Assembly: GCA_945902735.1 (NCBI GenBank)
Contig: CAMDNF010000002.1
Coordinates: 1,400 to 65,399, forward strand
Direction of reading: 5' to 3'
From: Rhizobium sp. Q54
GTDB taxonomy: Bacteria; Pseudomonadota; Alphaproteobacteria; UBA828
Length of the DNA: 64,000 nt
Shown here: piece by piece, positions 30,872 to 40,672 of the stretch
Layout of the letters: each line of letters starts with the position of its first letter
Numbering within the stretch: the first letter of the stretch is position 1
Translations under genes and position numbers: made by a program
Notes under the pieces: generated by a model
Database searches by the model: none
Told to the model about the DNA's origin: nothing
Seen by the model: only the letters and a program-made list of their open reading frames with translations

Positions 30872-31312
30872 TTAAAAGGGTCTTACCACAACAAAAATCA
30901 CGATGCCGATCATGAGAACAGCGGGGGCCTCGTTGAGGATTCTGAAATAGCGCGTGCTCTTAGTGTTGCGGTCCTCCGCGAATTCGCGGCGATGACGCGA
31001 TAGAAGGCCGTGAAGACCGCCCAGCGCCGCAACGAAGGCAAGCTTTGCGTAAATCCAGCCCGCCGACCAATCAACCAAATCCGAGACGAACAGAAGCGCG
31101 ACGCCAAGCGCGACACTCGCGATCATCGCCGGGTTCATGATAGCGCGCATCAAGCGCCGTTCCATCACCTTGAGCCGTTCGGAGAGTTCCGACTCTTTCG
31201 CTGCGTCGACGTGGTAGACGAAAAGCCGCGGCAAATAGAGCATGCCCGCCATCCACGCGATGACCGCGATGATATGCAAGGCCTTGAGCCACAAATAATC
31301 CGCGTCCATCAC
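30872..31312 (-). CDS. hemJ: Protoporphyrinogen IX oxidase HemJ (CopD-like, UPF0093)
   Basis: MMDADYLWLKALHIIAVIAWMAGMLYLPRLFVYH… 4-TM protein, adjacent to hemH-hemE. Confidence 0.75.
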   Translation of the reverse strand: MMDADYLWLKALHIIAVIAWMAGMLYLPRLFVYHVDAAKESELSERLKVMERRLMRAIMNPAMIASVALGVALLFVSDLVDWSAGWIYAKLAFVAALGGLHGLLSRHRREFAEDRNTKSTRYFRILNEAPAVLMIGIVIFVVVRPF

Positions 31313-32355
31313 GGCCGCTCAAGCGCGCAGCCGCGATGCACGGACGGACAAAGTCTGCCGCCGCGCGCCGAGCAAATCTTTGTTCCGCTGTTTGGCATCT
31401 TCGTGAGTGCGCCGCGCACCAAATCGGCGAGCGCATTGATGAACGGATCCCACGTGCCAACGGTGGCGACGCGCGCATAATGGGGCACGCCGTGTTCGAG
31501 TGCGAGCTTGCGATATTCGATGTCGAGCTCGACCAGCGTTTCAGAATGTTCCGAAACAAACGCAATCGGCACGATCACCACCGGCCGCTTCTCCGCGCCG
31601 GCGCGTTTGATTTCATCGTCGGTCGACGGGCCGATCCACTCGAGCGGGCCGACGCGGCTTTGATAGCACACGCGCCAATCCAAATCCTCCCTGTCGAGAC
31701 GCTCGACGATGTGGCGTGCCGTCTCCTCGATTTGCCATTGATAAGGATCGCCGGCCTCAACGATTTTCTTCGGCAGGCCATGGGCGGATAGCAGGAGACG
31801 CGGCGTGCCATGCGCACGCGCGCCTTCAAGCGCAGGCTTGATCAACGCTACCAGCGCCTCGATAAATCCGTCTTCCGCAGGATAGCAACACAGGGCAACG
31901 CTGGGCTGCGTCAGGCCGACTTTGCGCGCCGCTTTCTTCCAGGCGGTGAGCGATGAGGCCACGGTCGTCGTTGAATATTGCGGGTAAAGCGGCAAGAGCA
32001 CGATCCGATCCGGTGCAAAGGCGCTTACTTGGAACGCGGTCTCCTCGCTCATCGGGTGCCAATAGCGCATGGCGATAAAGATCTTCACCGTGCCGAGATC
32101 CGTCAGCGCGCGTTCGAGCGCGCGGGCCTGTGCCTGGGTTTGCGGCAGAATCGTCGAGCTACCGCCCATTTGCTGGTAGATCGCGCGTGCGATCGGGGCG
32201 CGACGGCGTGAAATCAATTTCGCGATCAAATAGCGGATTGGTTTGGGCGCCTGGATGATCGCACGGTCGTTGAACAGATTGAACAAGAACGGCTTGACCG
32301 CATCGAGCGCGTTCGGTCCGCCAAGGTTAAACAACACGATCGCGGTTTTGGTCAT
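31309..32355 (-). CDS. hemH: Ferrochelatase
   Basis: …TAIVLFNLGGPNALDAVKPFLFNLFND…; the ATG at 32355 (MTKTAIVL) is more likely than the TTG at 32361. Confidence 0.9.
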   Translation of the reverse strand: MTKTAIVLFNLGGPNALDAVKPFLFNLFNDRAIIQAPKPIRYLIAKLISRRRAPIARAIYQQMGGSSTILPQTQAQARALERALTDLGTVKIFIAMRYWHPMSEETAFQVSAFAPDRIVLLPLYPQYSTTTVASSLTAWKKAARKVGLTQPSVALCCYPAEDGFIEALVALIKPALEGARAHGTPRLLLSAHGLPKKIVEAGDPYQWQIEETARHIVERLDREDLDWRVCYQSRVGPLEWIGPSTDDEIKRAGAEKRPVVIVPIAFVSEHSETLVELDIEYRKLALEHGVPHYARVATVGTWDPFINALADLVRGALTKMPNSGTKICSARGGRLCPSVHRGCALERP

Positions 32356-32357
32356 GT

Positions 32358-33389
32358 TCAATCGCGCCGAAAATCGCGAATGAATTGGCTAAGCGCGCCG
32401 ACATTCTCGGGCGGCGTTTCCGGCACCACGCCGTGACCGAGATTAAAGATCAGCGGTCCGTTGTTCAGACCGCGCAAAATACGTTCAGCGTCAGCCAGCA
32501 TCGCAGCGCCACCGAGGATAACAAGCAAGGGATCGAGATTACCCTGCACGACGCATGTCGGTTGCAGCTCATTCGCGGCCCAATCAATTGGCACGGTGGT
32601 GTCGAGCCCGATCGCATCCGCCCCGGCGTGTTTCGCGGCATTCACATAATTGGCGCCGGCCCCGCGCGGAAACGCAATGATAGGGATGGTCGGGTGGCGG
32701 TGTTTTACGGCATCCACGATGGCGCGTATGGGTCTGGTCGACCAGCGCTCAAATTGCTGGTCCGATAACACGCCGGCCCAGCTATCGAAGAGTTGCACAA
32801 CTTCGGCGCCGGCGCTGATTTGTGCCGAAAGGTGTTCAATCGTCGCGTTGACAATCACATCGATGAGCCGCTCAAAGCCCTTTGGGTTGCCATAGGCCCA
32901 GGCCTTGGTTCGGGCAAAGTCGCGGCTCGAGCCGCCCTCAACCATATAAGTTGCAACGGTCCAGGGCGCACCGGCAAAGCCGATCAAGGTTGTTTCGGGC
33001 TCAAGACGCGACGCGATCAACGAAACGGCTTCGTAGACCGGGTCTAGTTTGGTCTTGAACTGGTCGGTTTCTAGGGTGGGAAGTCGATCGAGCGTTTCGA
33101 GCCGATCAAGTTTGGGGCCTTCGCCCTCTTCGAACCTTACCCCCATGCCAAGCCCATAAGGTACGACGAGAATATCGGAGAACAGGATCGCCGCATCCAT
33201 GCCAAAGCGGCGGACCGGTTGCAGCGTCACGTCCGTCGCGAGCTCAGGATTAAAACAGAGATCGAGGAATCCGCCGGCCTGTGCCCGGACCTGGCGATAT
33301 TCAGGCAAATACCGCCCAGCCTGACGCATGTACCAAAACGGCACACGAGCCGAGCGTTCACCTCGCAGCGCCGCGAGCAATGGTTTCAT
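32358..33389 (-). CDS. hemE: Uroporphyrinogen decarboxylase
   Basis: …VPFWYMRQAGRYLPEYR…; the ATG at 33389 (MKPLLAALRGE) is more likely than the TTG at 33407. Confidence 0.9.
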   Translation of the reverse strand: MKPLLAALRGERSARVPFWYMRQAGRYLPEYRQVRAQAGGFLDLCFNPELATDVTLQPVRRFGMDAAILFSDILVVPYGLGMGVRFEEGEGPKLDRLETLDRLPTLETDQFKTKLDPVYEAVSLIASRLEPETTLIGFAGAPWTVATYMVEGGSSRDFARTKAWAYGNPKGFERLIDVIVNATIEHLSAQISAGAEVVQLFDSWAGVLSDQQFERWSTRPIRAIVDAVKHRHPTIPIIAFPRGAGANYVNAAKHAGADAIGLDTTVPIDWAANELQPTCVVQGNLDPLLVILGGAAMLADAERILRGLNNGPLIFNLGHGVVPETPPENVGALSQFIRDFRRD

Positions 33390-33407
33390 GGGGTATGAGC
33401 CGGGCAA

Positions 33408-33816
33408 ACCGAGCCAATTTGTCGGTGCATAGTGGGTTTAGGGTTCGCCCTTCTTCTACTTCTAACTAGATTCTTAGGAAAGGATGATGTTGTAGATGGT
33501 GGCCTCGAATACGGTGATCCCCGCAATGGGTGAAAAGATGCAGGTTTGTGGACCTGAAACGCCATGCGATGCCAGAATGAGGACAATAGATAGGACCTAA
33601 TCTGAAGAGGCTTGGTGAGTGTGGCGTTTGGGTGCAAGGAATTATGGGGACTGATTATAGGATTCAAAGACGATGCCCGTGATTCACCCTGTCCAAACGA
33701 TCCTGCTCCGGATCTCTAACCCGGTACATGAAAGGACATGAACCTGCGGATAACTCGGCCCATGATTTCACCCCCATGGTCATCGGGCTCTTATCCACAG
33801 ACATTGTTCAGTTCCT
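33408..33816. other. oriC: Candidate chromosomal replication origin (oriC) between hemE and the DUF299/PSRP gene
   Basis: The only long non-coding gap (~410 bp) in the hem/maf/dnaQ neighbourhood. GC is markedly below flanks (AT-rich block 33430-33480). Perfect DnaA box TTATCCACA at 33791-33799, one-mismatch box TTATCCGCA on the reverse strand at 33745-33753, and three GANTC sites. The conserved hemE-oriC-DUF299 arrangement is described for alphaproteobacteria. Confidence 0.55.
33791..33799 (+). promoter_or_regulatory. Consensus DnaA box TTATCCACA
   Basis: Exact 9-mer match, 18 nt upstream of the DUF299 gene start, inside the AT-rich gap. Confidence 0.5.
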
Positions 33817-34644
33817 ATGGTTGATCAAAACCGCACGCTCCACCTCCATCTAGTTTCCGATGCGACAGGCGAAACCGCGATGGTGCTGGCGCGCGCGGCG
33901 CTCGCCCAGTTTGAAGGTGTTGCGCCGGTCGAGCATTTATGGCCGCTCGTGCGCAGTCAAAGCCAATTGCGCCGCGTCCTGGCCGGCATCGAGGCCAATC
34001 CCGGTGTCGTGTTCTATACCTTTGTCGAGGGCGAGCTAAGGCGAGATCTCGAGACCGGTTGCCGCATGGTGAGCGCCCCGTGTCTCGGTCTCCTTGATCC
34101 GATCATCGATGTGTTGCGCGGCTATCTCGGTATTGAGAGCCGCAATCTGCCCGGGCGACAACATGTGATGGATGCGCAATATTTCCAGCGTATCGAAGCG
34201 ATGAATTTCGCGCTGACGCATGATGATGGCCAAGCTGTTTCGACGCTTGATGACGCCGATATCGTGCTGGTGGGCGTTTCCCGCACGTCGAAAACACCGA
34301 CCTGCTTCTATCTTGCCAATCGTGGCCTCAAGGCCGCCAATGTGCCGATCGTGCCTGATTGTCCGCCGCCGGAGGCTTTGCTTCAACTGAGCAAACCGCT
34401 CATCGTTGGTCTAACGCGCGGCGCGGACCAACTCGTCGATATTCGCCGCTCGCGCTTGCGCACGCTTGGTCGCGATGACGAAACCGCTTATGTCGATCCC
34501 GAGGCGGTTGGTACGGAGGTTAAAGAGGCCCGGCGTCTGTTCGCCCGCGCGGGCTGGCCGGTGATCGATGTCAGCCGGCGCTCGATTGAGGAGACTGCGG
34601 CCGCTATTCTGCAATTGCATACGCGCCGGCTCGGGGAAGCCTGA
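33817..34644 (+). CDS. Pyruvate,phosphate dikinase / PEP synthase regulatory protein-family (DUF299 kinase/pyrophosphorylase)
   Basis: P-loop VGVSRTSKTPTCFYLANRGLKAANVPIV; 275 aa. Confidence 0.85.
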   Translation: MVDQNRTLHLHLVSDATGETAMVLARAALAQFEGVAPVEHLWPLVRSQSQLRRVLAGIEANPGVVFYTFVEGELRRDLETGCRMVSAPCLGLLDPIIDVLRGYLGIESRNLPGRQHVMDAQYFQRIEAMNFALTHDDGQAVSTLDDADIVLVGVSRTSKTPTCFYLANRGLKAANVPIVPDCPPPEALLQLSKPLIVGLTRGADQLVDIRRSRLRTLGRDDETAYVDPEAVGTEVKEARRLFARAGWPVIDVSRRSIEETAAAILQLHTRRLGEA

Positions 34645-34684
34645 TGCCCCGTCTATCCACCACCAGCGATATGAGAAACCTATA

Positions 34685-35284
34685 ATGCGTGTGGTTCTCG
34701 CCTCGGCCAGTAAAACGCGTGCCCAATTGTTGCGCAATGCCGGGATCGATTTCGATGTCGTGCCCGCCCATGCCGATGAGGCCTCGCTGAAAGAGGCGTT
34801 AAGGGCAGAGGGTGCAAACGCGCGCGGCGTTGCACTCGCGCTCGCCGAACTCAAGGCATCGCGTATCAGTGTCGCGCAGCCGAGTGATTTGGTGATCGGC
34901 TGCGATCAGTTGCTGGATTGTCAGGGCGCGTGGTTCGATAAGGCGGTCGACCGTGCCGATGCGGGGCGGCAGATCGCTCGGCTTCAGAGCAAAAGCCACG
35001 AACTCGCGACCGCTGTGTGTGTTCTGCGCGATGGCCGCCGGCTTTGGCATCGGGTCGAAGCCCCGGCGCTCACCATGCGCGTGTTCGATGCGGCGGGGAT
35101 CGAAGGTTATCTCAGCGCCGCCGGCGATGAAGTGATTGGTTGTGTCGGCGGGTACAGGCTCGAAGGGATCGGCATTCAGTTGTTCACAAAAATAGAGGGC
35201 GATTATTTTTCGATCCTCGGCCTGCCGCTTCTGCCACTGCTCGATTTTTTGCGTGACCAAGGGATCGGCGCATGGCGATCCTAA
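34685..35284 (+). CDS. maf: Maf-like nucleoside-triphosphate pyrophosphatase
   Basis: MRVVLASASKTRAQLL… N-terminus and Maf fold motifs; ATG at 34685. Confidence 0.85.
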   Translation: MRVVLASASKTRAQLLRNAGIDFDVVPAHADEASLKEALRAEGANARGVALALAELKASRISVAQPSDLVIGCDQLLDCQGAWFDKAVDRADAGRQIARLQSKSHELATAVCVLRDGRRLWHRVEAPALTMRVFDAAGIEGYLSAAGDEVIGCVGGYRLEGIGIQLFTKIEGDYFSILGLPLLPLLDFLRDQGIGAWRS

Positions 35285-36123
35285 GCGGTCGTGCCAAACT
35301 TGCCGGCGTCATGGGCTGGCCGGTTAGCCATTCGCGTTCACCGCGTTTACACGGCTATTGGCTCGAACATTATGGCGTTGACGGCGCCTATGTGCCGCTC
35401 GCGGTCGCGCCTGACCGGCTGCGCGACGCGATCGGCGGGCTTGTTGCGCTGGGTTTTCGCGGCGTCAATCTGACGCTGCCGCACAAAGAAGCGGCGCTTG
35501 ATCATGTCGACGACTTGTCGGCCACCGCGCGGCGGATCGGCGCGGTCAACACGATTGTTGTTGGGGCCGATGGCAAGCTCCGTGGCGACAACACCGATGC
35601 ATTCGGCTTTCTCGAACATTTGAAAGCCAGTGCCCCGCAATGGCGCGCCGACGCCCACCCGGTCGCGGTGCTCGGGGCTGGCGGAGCGGCGCGCGCGGTG
35701 ATCGTCGCTCTGCTTGATGAGGGCGTCAAAGAGCTACGCTTGATCAATCGGTCGCCCGAGCGCGCGTCCAAGCTCCGCGAGGCGTTTGGCCCTGCAATCA
35801 CAGTCGTCAATTGGGCCGCGCGTTCAACCGCGTTGTCCGATGTTTCCCTATTGGTCAATGCCACGAGCCTTGGCATGAGCGCTCAGGCGCCGCTCGATCT
35901 CGCGCTCGATCGGCTGAACCAAACCACCGTGGTTTATGATCTGGTCTATGCGCCGCTCGACACGCCGCTTCTGAAGGCTGCGCGTCAACGCGGCAATGCG
36001 GTGGTCGATGGGTTGGGCATGCTCTTGCACCAGGCGCGGCCGGGCTTTCAAGCCTGGTTTGGCGTCGAGCCCGAGGTGACGGCGGCGTTGCGCGCCTTCG
36101 TGCTCGACGATCTCAAGGCGTGA
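35272..36123 (+). CDS. aroE: Shikimate dehydrogenase
   Basis: …LAGVMGWPVSHSRSPRLHGYWL…NLTLPHKE…VLGAGGAARAV…. Confidence 0.85.
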   Translation: MAILSGRAKLAGVMGWPVSHSRSPRLHGYWLEHYGVDGAYVPLAVAPDRLRDAIGGLVALGFRGVNLTLPHKEAALDHVDDLSATARRIGAVNTIVVGADGKLRGDNTDAFGFLEHLKASAPQWRADAHPVAVLGAGGAARAVIVALLDEGVKELRLINRSPERASKLREAFGPAITVVNWAARSTALSDVSLLVNATSLGMSAQAPLDLALDRLNQTTVVYDLVYAPLDTPLLKAARQRGNAVVDGLGMLLHQARPGFQAWFGVEPEVTAALRAFVLDDLKA

Positions 36124-36752
36124 CCCAAATGGTCGTCCTTGGATTGACCGGATCGATCGGCATGGGCAAAAGCACGGCCGCGCGCGCGTTCGTCAAAATG
36201 GGTGCTGCGCTGTGGGACGCCGATGAGGCGGTACATCGCGCGCTCGGGCCGGGTGGCGCCGCGGTCAATGCTGTGATCGCGGCATTCCCCTCAACGCGGC
36301 GCGACACGCCGGACGGCCCCTCGGTCGATCGACGGGCGCTCGGGCAAATCGTGTTCAAGAACGAGGCCGCGTTGAGGCGGCTCGAGGCGATCGTGCATCC
36401 CTTGGTCCGCCGCGAACAAAGAGCGTTTCTCGCGGCCGCGCGGCGAAGCCGCAAGAAACTCGTCGTGCTCGATATTCCTCTGTTGTTCAAATCATCCAAT
36501 CGCACGCGCATCGACGCGTCAGTCGTCGTGTCGGCGCCGATGCGGATTCAGCGCACGCGCGTGATGAAGCGCGCCGGCATGACGGCGGCGAAGTTCGACG
36601 GTATACTGCGCCAGCAATTGGCCGATGGCGAAAAACGCCGACGCGCGGATTTTGTCGTGCCGACCGGCCTCGGCAAGCGTGACTCTCTCCGCGCCGTGCG
36701 CCGCATCGTCAAACGCGTCGCGCCGCGCCGTCAGGATTTAGGATTGGATTGA
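36120..36752 (+). CDS. coaE: Dephospho-CoA kinase
   Basis: P-loop [12 protein letters not shown]; it overlaps the aroE stop and the dnaQ start. Confidence 0.85.
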   Translation: MTQMVVLGLTGSIGMGKSTAARAFVKMGAALWDADEAVHRALGPGGAAVNAVIAAFPSTRRDTPDGPSVDRRALGQIVFKNEAALRRLEAIVHPLVRREQRAFLAAARRSRKKLVVLDIPLLFKSSNRTRIDASVVVSAPMRIQRTRVMKRAGMTAAKFDGILRQQLADGEKRRRADFVVPTGLGKRDSLRAVRRIVKRVAPRRQDLGLD

Positions 36753-37441
36753 CCGTCATGCGTGAAATCGTGCTCGATACGGAAACGACCGGCCTCGATC
36801 CATCGTCCGGCCACCGCATTGTCGAGATCGGCTGCATCGAGCTCGACAACCATGTACCGACCGGCGCGAGCTATCAACAATATCTCAATCCCGAGCGCGA
36901 TATGCCGATCGAGGCTGAACGCGTGCACGGTCTCTCGAGCGCCTTCTTGCGCGAGAAACCGAAATTCGCCGAGATCGTCGACGGGTTGATGAGTTTTGTC
37001 CGCGATTCCCCGCTCGTCATCCACAACGCGTCATTCGACCTTGGCTTTCTGAATATGGAGCTTGGGCGCCTTGGCCGGGCGCCGATCGCCATGACACGCG
37101 CGCTCGATACGGTCGGCCTGGCGCGGCGCAAAATCCCGGCGGGCGCGCCGGCGAGCCTCGATGCGCTGTGCCGGCGCTTCGGGATCGATAACGCCGGGCG
37201 GGAACTTCATGGCGCGTTGCTCGATGCGAGGCTGCTTGCGGATGTCTATTTAAGTTTGCTCGGCGGGCGGCAGGCGACGCTCGCGCTCGATCGCGGCCCG
37301 CGCGCCATGGCCGCCGCCGCCGAGGCCGCGCGCGTTCGCTCCGCCACGCGCACGCCGCGTGCCCACGCGCCAACGGCCGACGAAGAAGCGGCTCATGCCG
37401 CCTTCATTGGCACCATCAAGAACGCAATCTGGAAAACTTGA
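36749..37441 (+). CDS. dnaQ: DNA polymerase III epsilon subunit (3'-5' exonuclease)
   Basis: Exo [15 protein letters not shown], Exo [14 protein letters not shown], Exo [17 protein letters not shown]. Confidence 0.9.
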   Translation: MTVMREIVLDTETTGLDPSSGHRIVEIGCIELDNHVPTGASYQQYLNPERDMPIEAERVHGLSSAFLREKPKFAEIVDGLMSFVRDSPLVIHNASFDLGFLNMELGRLGRAPIAMTRALDTVGLARRKIPAGAPASLDALCRRFGIDNAGRELHGALLDARLLADVYLSLLGGRQATLALDRGPRAMAAAAEAARVRSATRTPRAHAPTADEEAAHAAFIGTIKNAIWKT

Positions 37442-37450
37442 TCGAGAGAA

Positions 37451-37972
37451 TTAGGTTGGTGGCGCACTCTGCGGTGCTTTGCCCTGAGCGGCGGTGCGTT
37501 GCTGGCGATAGAGCGAGATAAAATCGATCGGGCTCAGTAACAAGGGCGGGAAGCCGCCATCGCGCGTCGCGTCGGCGATCACGCGTCGGGCGAAGGGAAA
37601 CAACATGCGCGGGCACTCAACCAACAGGATCGCCGGCAACACTTCGCGTGACGCGTTGGTGATGGCGAATTGACCGGCATAGACAAGATCGGTCACGAAG
37701 GCGGTCGTCTCGCCTGAATGCGCCGTGGCTGAAATATGCAGCACGACTTCGTACGTGCCGTCCTTTAAGGCCTCGGCATTGACCGCGACATTGACCTTGA
37801 TTTCGGGTTGTGTCGAAGCGAGCTGCAGACTCGCCGGCGCGTTCGGGTTCTCGAACGAGAGGTCTTTGACATATTGTGACACGACATTGATGAGCGGGCG
37901 CACCTCTCCGCCGGTGTTAGTGCCATTCGTCGAACTTGTGCCGGGACTTGGCTGTGCGTCGTTGTCGCTCAT
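37451..37972 (-). CDS. secB: Protein-export chaperone SecB
   Basis: …INVVSQYVKDLSFENPNAP…; ATG at 37972 (MSDNDAQ…). Confidence 0.85.
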   Translation of the reverse strand: MSDNDAQPSPGTSSTNGTNTGGEVRPLINVVSQYVKDLSFENPNAPASLQLASTQPEIKVNVAVNAEALKDGTYEVVLHISATAHSGETTAFVTDLVYAGQFAITNASREVLPAILLVECPRMLFPFARRVIADATRDGGFPPLLLSPIDFISLYRQQRTAAQGKAPQSAPPT

Positions 37973-38037
37973 TGGGCGGTCCTCCATCGGAACGAAGGGC
38001 AACCGCTAACACGGGCCATCCCACCCGGCAAGCTGGC

Positions 38038-38511
38038 TCAGTTTCTTTCGGGTGGTGTTGGGCCTCCTGAATCAATGGACGGCGGGCGCTCGGGCGGCAC
38101 CTCGGAAAAGGTCGCGTCAATGGTCGTCGTATTGTTCGCCGCCGCGCTTGCGCCGCCGCGACGAAGGCGCGCCGCGATGGATTTGGCGACCACGCCGATC
38201 AACGCGCGGCGCACCGGCGGCACCAGCAATAAGAGCCCAAGCGCATCGGTGATCATGCCGGGCGCGATCAACAAAAGGCCCGCGAGCAAGACCGCGACGC
38301 CCTCGATGATCGGGCCAGCAGGCTCTTTGCCTTCAAGGAGCGATGAACGGGCCCGCAATAGCAGCGCGAAACCCTGAAATCTCAGGATCGCCGAGCCGGC
38401 CACAATGGCGCCCAGAACCGCGCCCAAGGTCGACCAGGCGCCAATCGAGCCGCCCAAAAGGACGTAAAGGTAAACTTCGAGCGCCGGAAAGAGCAGAAAG
38501 AGTAGCGGCAC
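38038..38511 (-). CDS. fxsA: FxsA-family membrane protein
   Basis: …VPLLFLLFPALEVYLYVLLGGSIGAW…. GTG at 38511 is preferred, because the longer ORF would abut the divergent Tim44 gene with no room for a promoter. Confidence 0.65.
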   Translation of the reverse strand: MPLLFLLFPALEVYLYVLLGGSIGAWSTLGAVLGAIVAGSAILRFQGFALLLRARSSLLEGKEPAGPIIEGVAVLLAGLLLIAPGMITDALGLLLLVPPVRRALIGVVAKSIAARLRRGGASAAANNTTTIDATFSEVPPERPPSIDSGGPTPPERN

Positions 38512-38600
38512 GAGTCCCTCATCTTGCGATGCCCCAATGGAGGGGCTATCTAGTGTTAGACTGTGCGTCGGAAAGCGGCGCTGCTTCAAGGATTGCGGCT

Positions 38601-39371
38601 ATGTCCGACGGTTTTCAGTTCTGGGATATTCTATTTTTCGCCTTGATCGCGATTTTCGTGATCCTGCGCCTGCGGGCGGTTTTGGGCCGGCGCACCGGCA
38701 ATGAGCGGAAACCGACCGATATCTTCACACGGACACCCGAGGGCCAGCGCGAGCGGCCGGGCCAGGTCGTGCACCTGCCCGGGCGCGGGACCGGGGCCGA
38801 GCAAGCGGGCGCGCCCGACGATATTCTCGAGCGCGATCAATCTCCTAGAGGTTTTGGCCGGGACGAAGAGCCGGCCAATGACATAGATGAGACCCCAAAG
38901 GCCGGCAGCGCCAGCCAGGATATTCGGGCCGGCTTCACCCAAATCAAACTGGCGGATCCGAGCTTCGATGCGCGTGATTTTGCCCAAGGCGCCCGTGCCG
39001 CCTATGGCATGATCGTCGAGGCCTTCGCCAAAGGCGATACCGCGACGCTCCGGCCGCTTTTGGGCGATGAGGCCTATGATCGCTTCTCCGCTGAGGTCCG
39101 CACCCGCCTTGCCGCGGGCAAGACCCAGGACACCAAGATCAACGATATCAAATCGGCTGAGATCATCGCGGCGCGCATGACTGGTCGTACCGCCTTCGTT
39201 ATCGTTCGGTTTGTGAGCCAGCAAACCAGCGCGACGCGCGCGGCGACCGGCGAGGTCATCTCGGGCGATCCCGATAAATCCGTCGAGGTGGTCGAAGAGT
39301 GGACCTTCTCGCGTAACACGCGCTCGCGCGACCCCAATTGGTCGCTGGTCGAAACCCGCGCGGTGGCATGA
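38601..39371 (+). CDS. Tim44-like domain protein
   Basis: N-terminal TM helix MSDGFQFWDILFFALIAIFVILRL and a C-terminal Tim44/NTF2-like region. Confidence 0.7.
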   Translation: MSDGFQFWDILFFALIAIFVILRLRAVLGRRTGNERKPTDIFTRTPEGQRERPGQVVHLPGRGTGAEQAGAPDDILERDQSPRGFGRDEEPANDIDETPKAGSASQDIRAGFTQIKLADPSFDARDFAQGARAAYGMIVEAFAKGDTATLRPLLGDEAYDRFSAEVRTRLAAGKTQDTKINDIKSAEIIAARMTGRTAFVIVRFVSQQTSATRAATGEVISGDPDKSVEVVEEWTFSRNTRSRDPNWSLVETRAVA

Positions 39372-40606
39372 GGGCGCCCTTGCGTGTCCTCGGGCTTAGT
39401 TTGGCCCTCGGTTCTTTGCTGTTGGTCGGCGCGTGTGCGCCCGGCGTGGTGCCAAAACCGCCGGAGACCAAACCAGTCCACAAATTATCCTTGGCACGCG
39501 CGAGCTTCGCCGATCTCGATGGCTGGGCGGAGGATCGGCAGAGCGCCGCGCTCGGCACGTTTTTGAAAAGCTGCGTGCGGATTGAAAAGCTGCCCGATGA
39601 GCGCTCAATGGGCGGCTTGGCCCTGAAAGACTCGGAGGGCGGTTTCGCCGGCACGATCGCGGCGTGGAAACCACTTTGTGCCGAAGCGCGCAAGATTGCA
39701 CAGAATGACGACGGCGCGGCACGGGGCTTTTTCGAGGCACGCTTCGCGCCCTTCGAGGTGCGGGGCGATGACAAGCCCGAGGGTCTCTTCACCGGCTATT
39801 ACGAGCCCGAGCTCAAGGCCGCGCTCAAAAAAGATGCGCGCTTTCGCGTGCCGCTTCATGGCAGACCGAGCGATCTGGTGACGGTCGATCTCGGCCAGTT
39901 TCGCGACGCCTGGAAGGGCGAACGCATCGCGGGGCGCGTCGATCAGGATCGCCTTGTGCCCTATGAGGCGCGGGCTGAGATCGAGGCCGGCGCGCTCGAT
40001 GGCCGCGCGCCCGTGCTCGCCTGGGTCGATGATCCGGTCGATGCGTTTTTCTTGCAAATCCAGGGTTCGGGCCGGCTCGCGCTGGCTGATGGGTCGATGC
40101 GGCGGATCGGCTATGAGGTGGCCAATGGCCGGCCCTATGTCGCGGTCGGCAAGGTGCTTTTGGATGATGGCGCGCTCGAAAAGGGCAAGGTCTCGATGCA
40201 GACCATTCGCGCCTGGCTCGCGCAACACCCGGCCAAGGCGCCGGGGGTGATGAACAAGAACCCGTCCTATGTGTTTTTCCGCTGGCAGGACGGGCTCAAT
40301 GCGAGCGATGGGCCGATTGGCGCGCAAGGTATTCCGCTCACCGCCGGGCGCTCGCTCGCGGTCGATCGTAAGCTCATGCCGTTCGGCGCGCCGCTCTGGC
40401 TCGAAACCTCATCGCTCGAGGCGCCCGATGGCAAATTACGGCGGCTGATGATCGCGCAAGATACTGGCGGCGCGATTGTGGGCCCGGTGCGTGGCGATAT
40501 CTTCTTCGGCACCGGCGATAAAGCCGGCGAGCACGCGGGGGTGATGAACGCGCCGGGGCGGTATTATGTGTTGCTGCCGAAGGGCGTTGGGGTGGCGGCC
40601 GAGTAG
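39368..40606 (+). CDS. mltA: Membrane-bound lytic murein transglycosylase A
   Basis: Lipobox LLLVGACAP, and MltA/3D-domain motifs (…GYYEPELKA…QDTGGAIVGPVRGDIFFG…). Confidence 0.8.
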   Translation: MRAPLRVLGLSLALGSLLLVGACAPGVVPKPPETKPVHKLSLARASFADLDGWAEDRQSAALGTFLKSCVRIEKLPDERSMGGLALKDSEGGFAGTIAAWKPLCAEARKIAQNDDGAARGFFEARFAPFEVRGDDKPEGLFTGYYEPELKAALKKDARFRVPLHGRPSDLVTVDLGQFRDAWKGERIAGRVDQDRLVPYEARAEIEAGALDGRAPVLAWVDDPVDAFFLQIQGSGRLALADGSMRRIGYEVANGRPYVAVGKVLLDDGALEKGKVSMQTIRAWLAQHPAKAPGVMNKNPSYVFFRWQDGLNASDGPIGAQGIPLTAGRSLAVDRKLMPFGAPLWLETSSLEAPDGKLRRLMIAQDTGGAIVGPVRGDIFFGTGDKAGEHAGVMNAPGRYYVLLPKGVGVAAE

Positions 40607-40672
40607 CTTGCCTTCCGTCCCCTCGCGGGCCATTGTCTCGGCCTTCGCACCCACCAGTGAATTGCCAACGCC

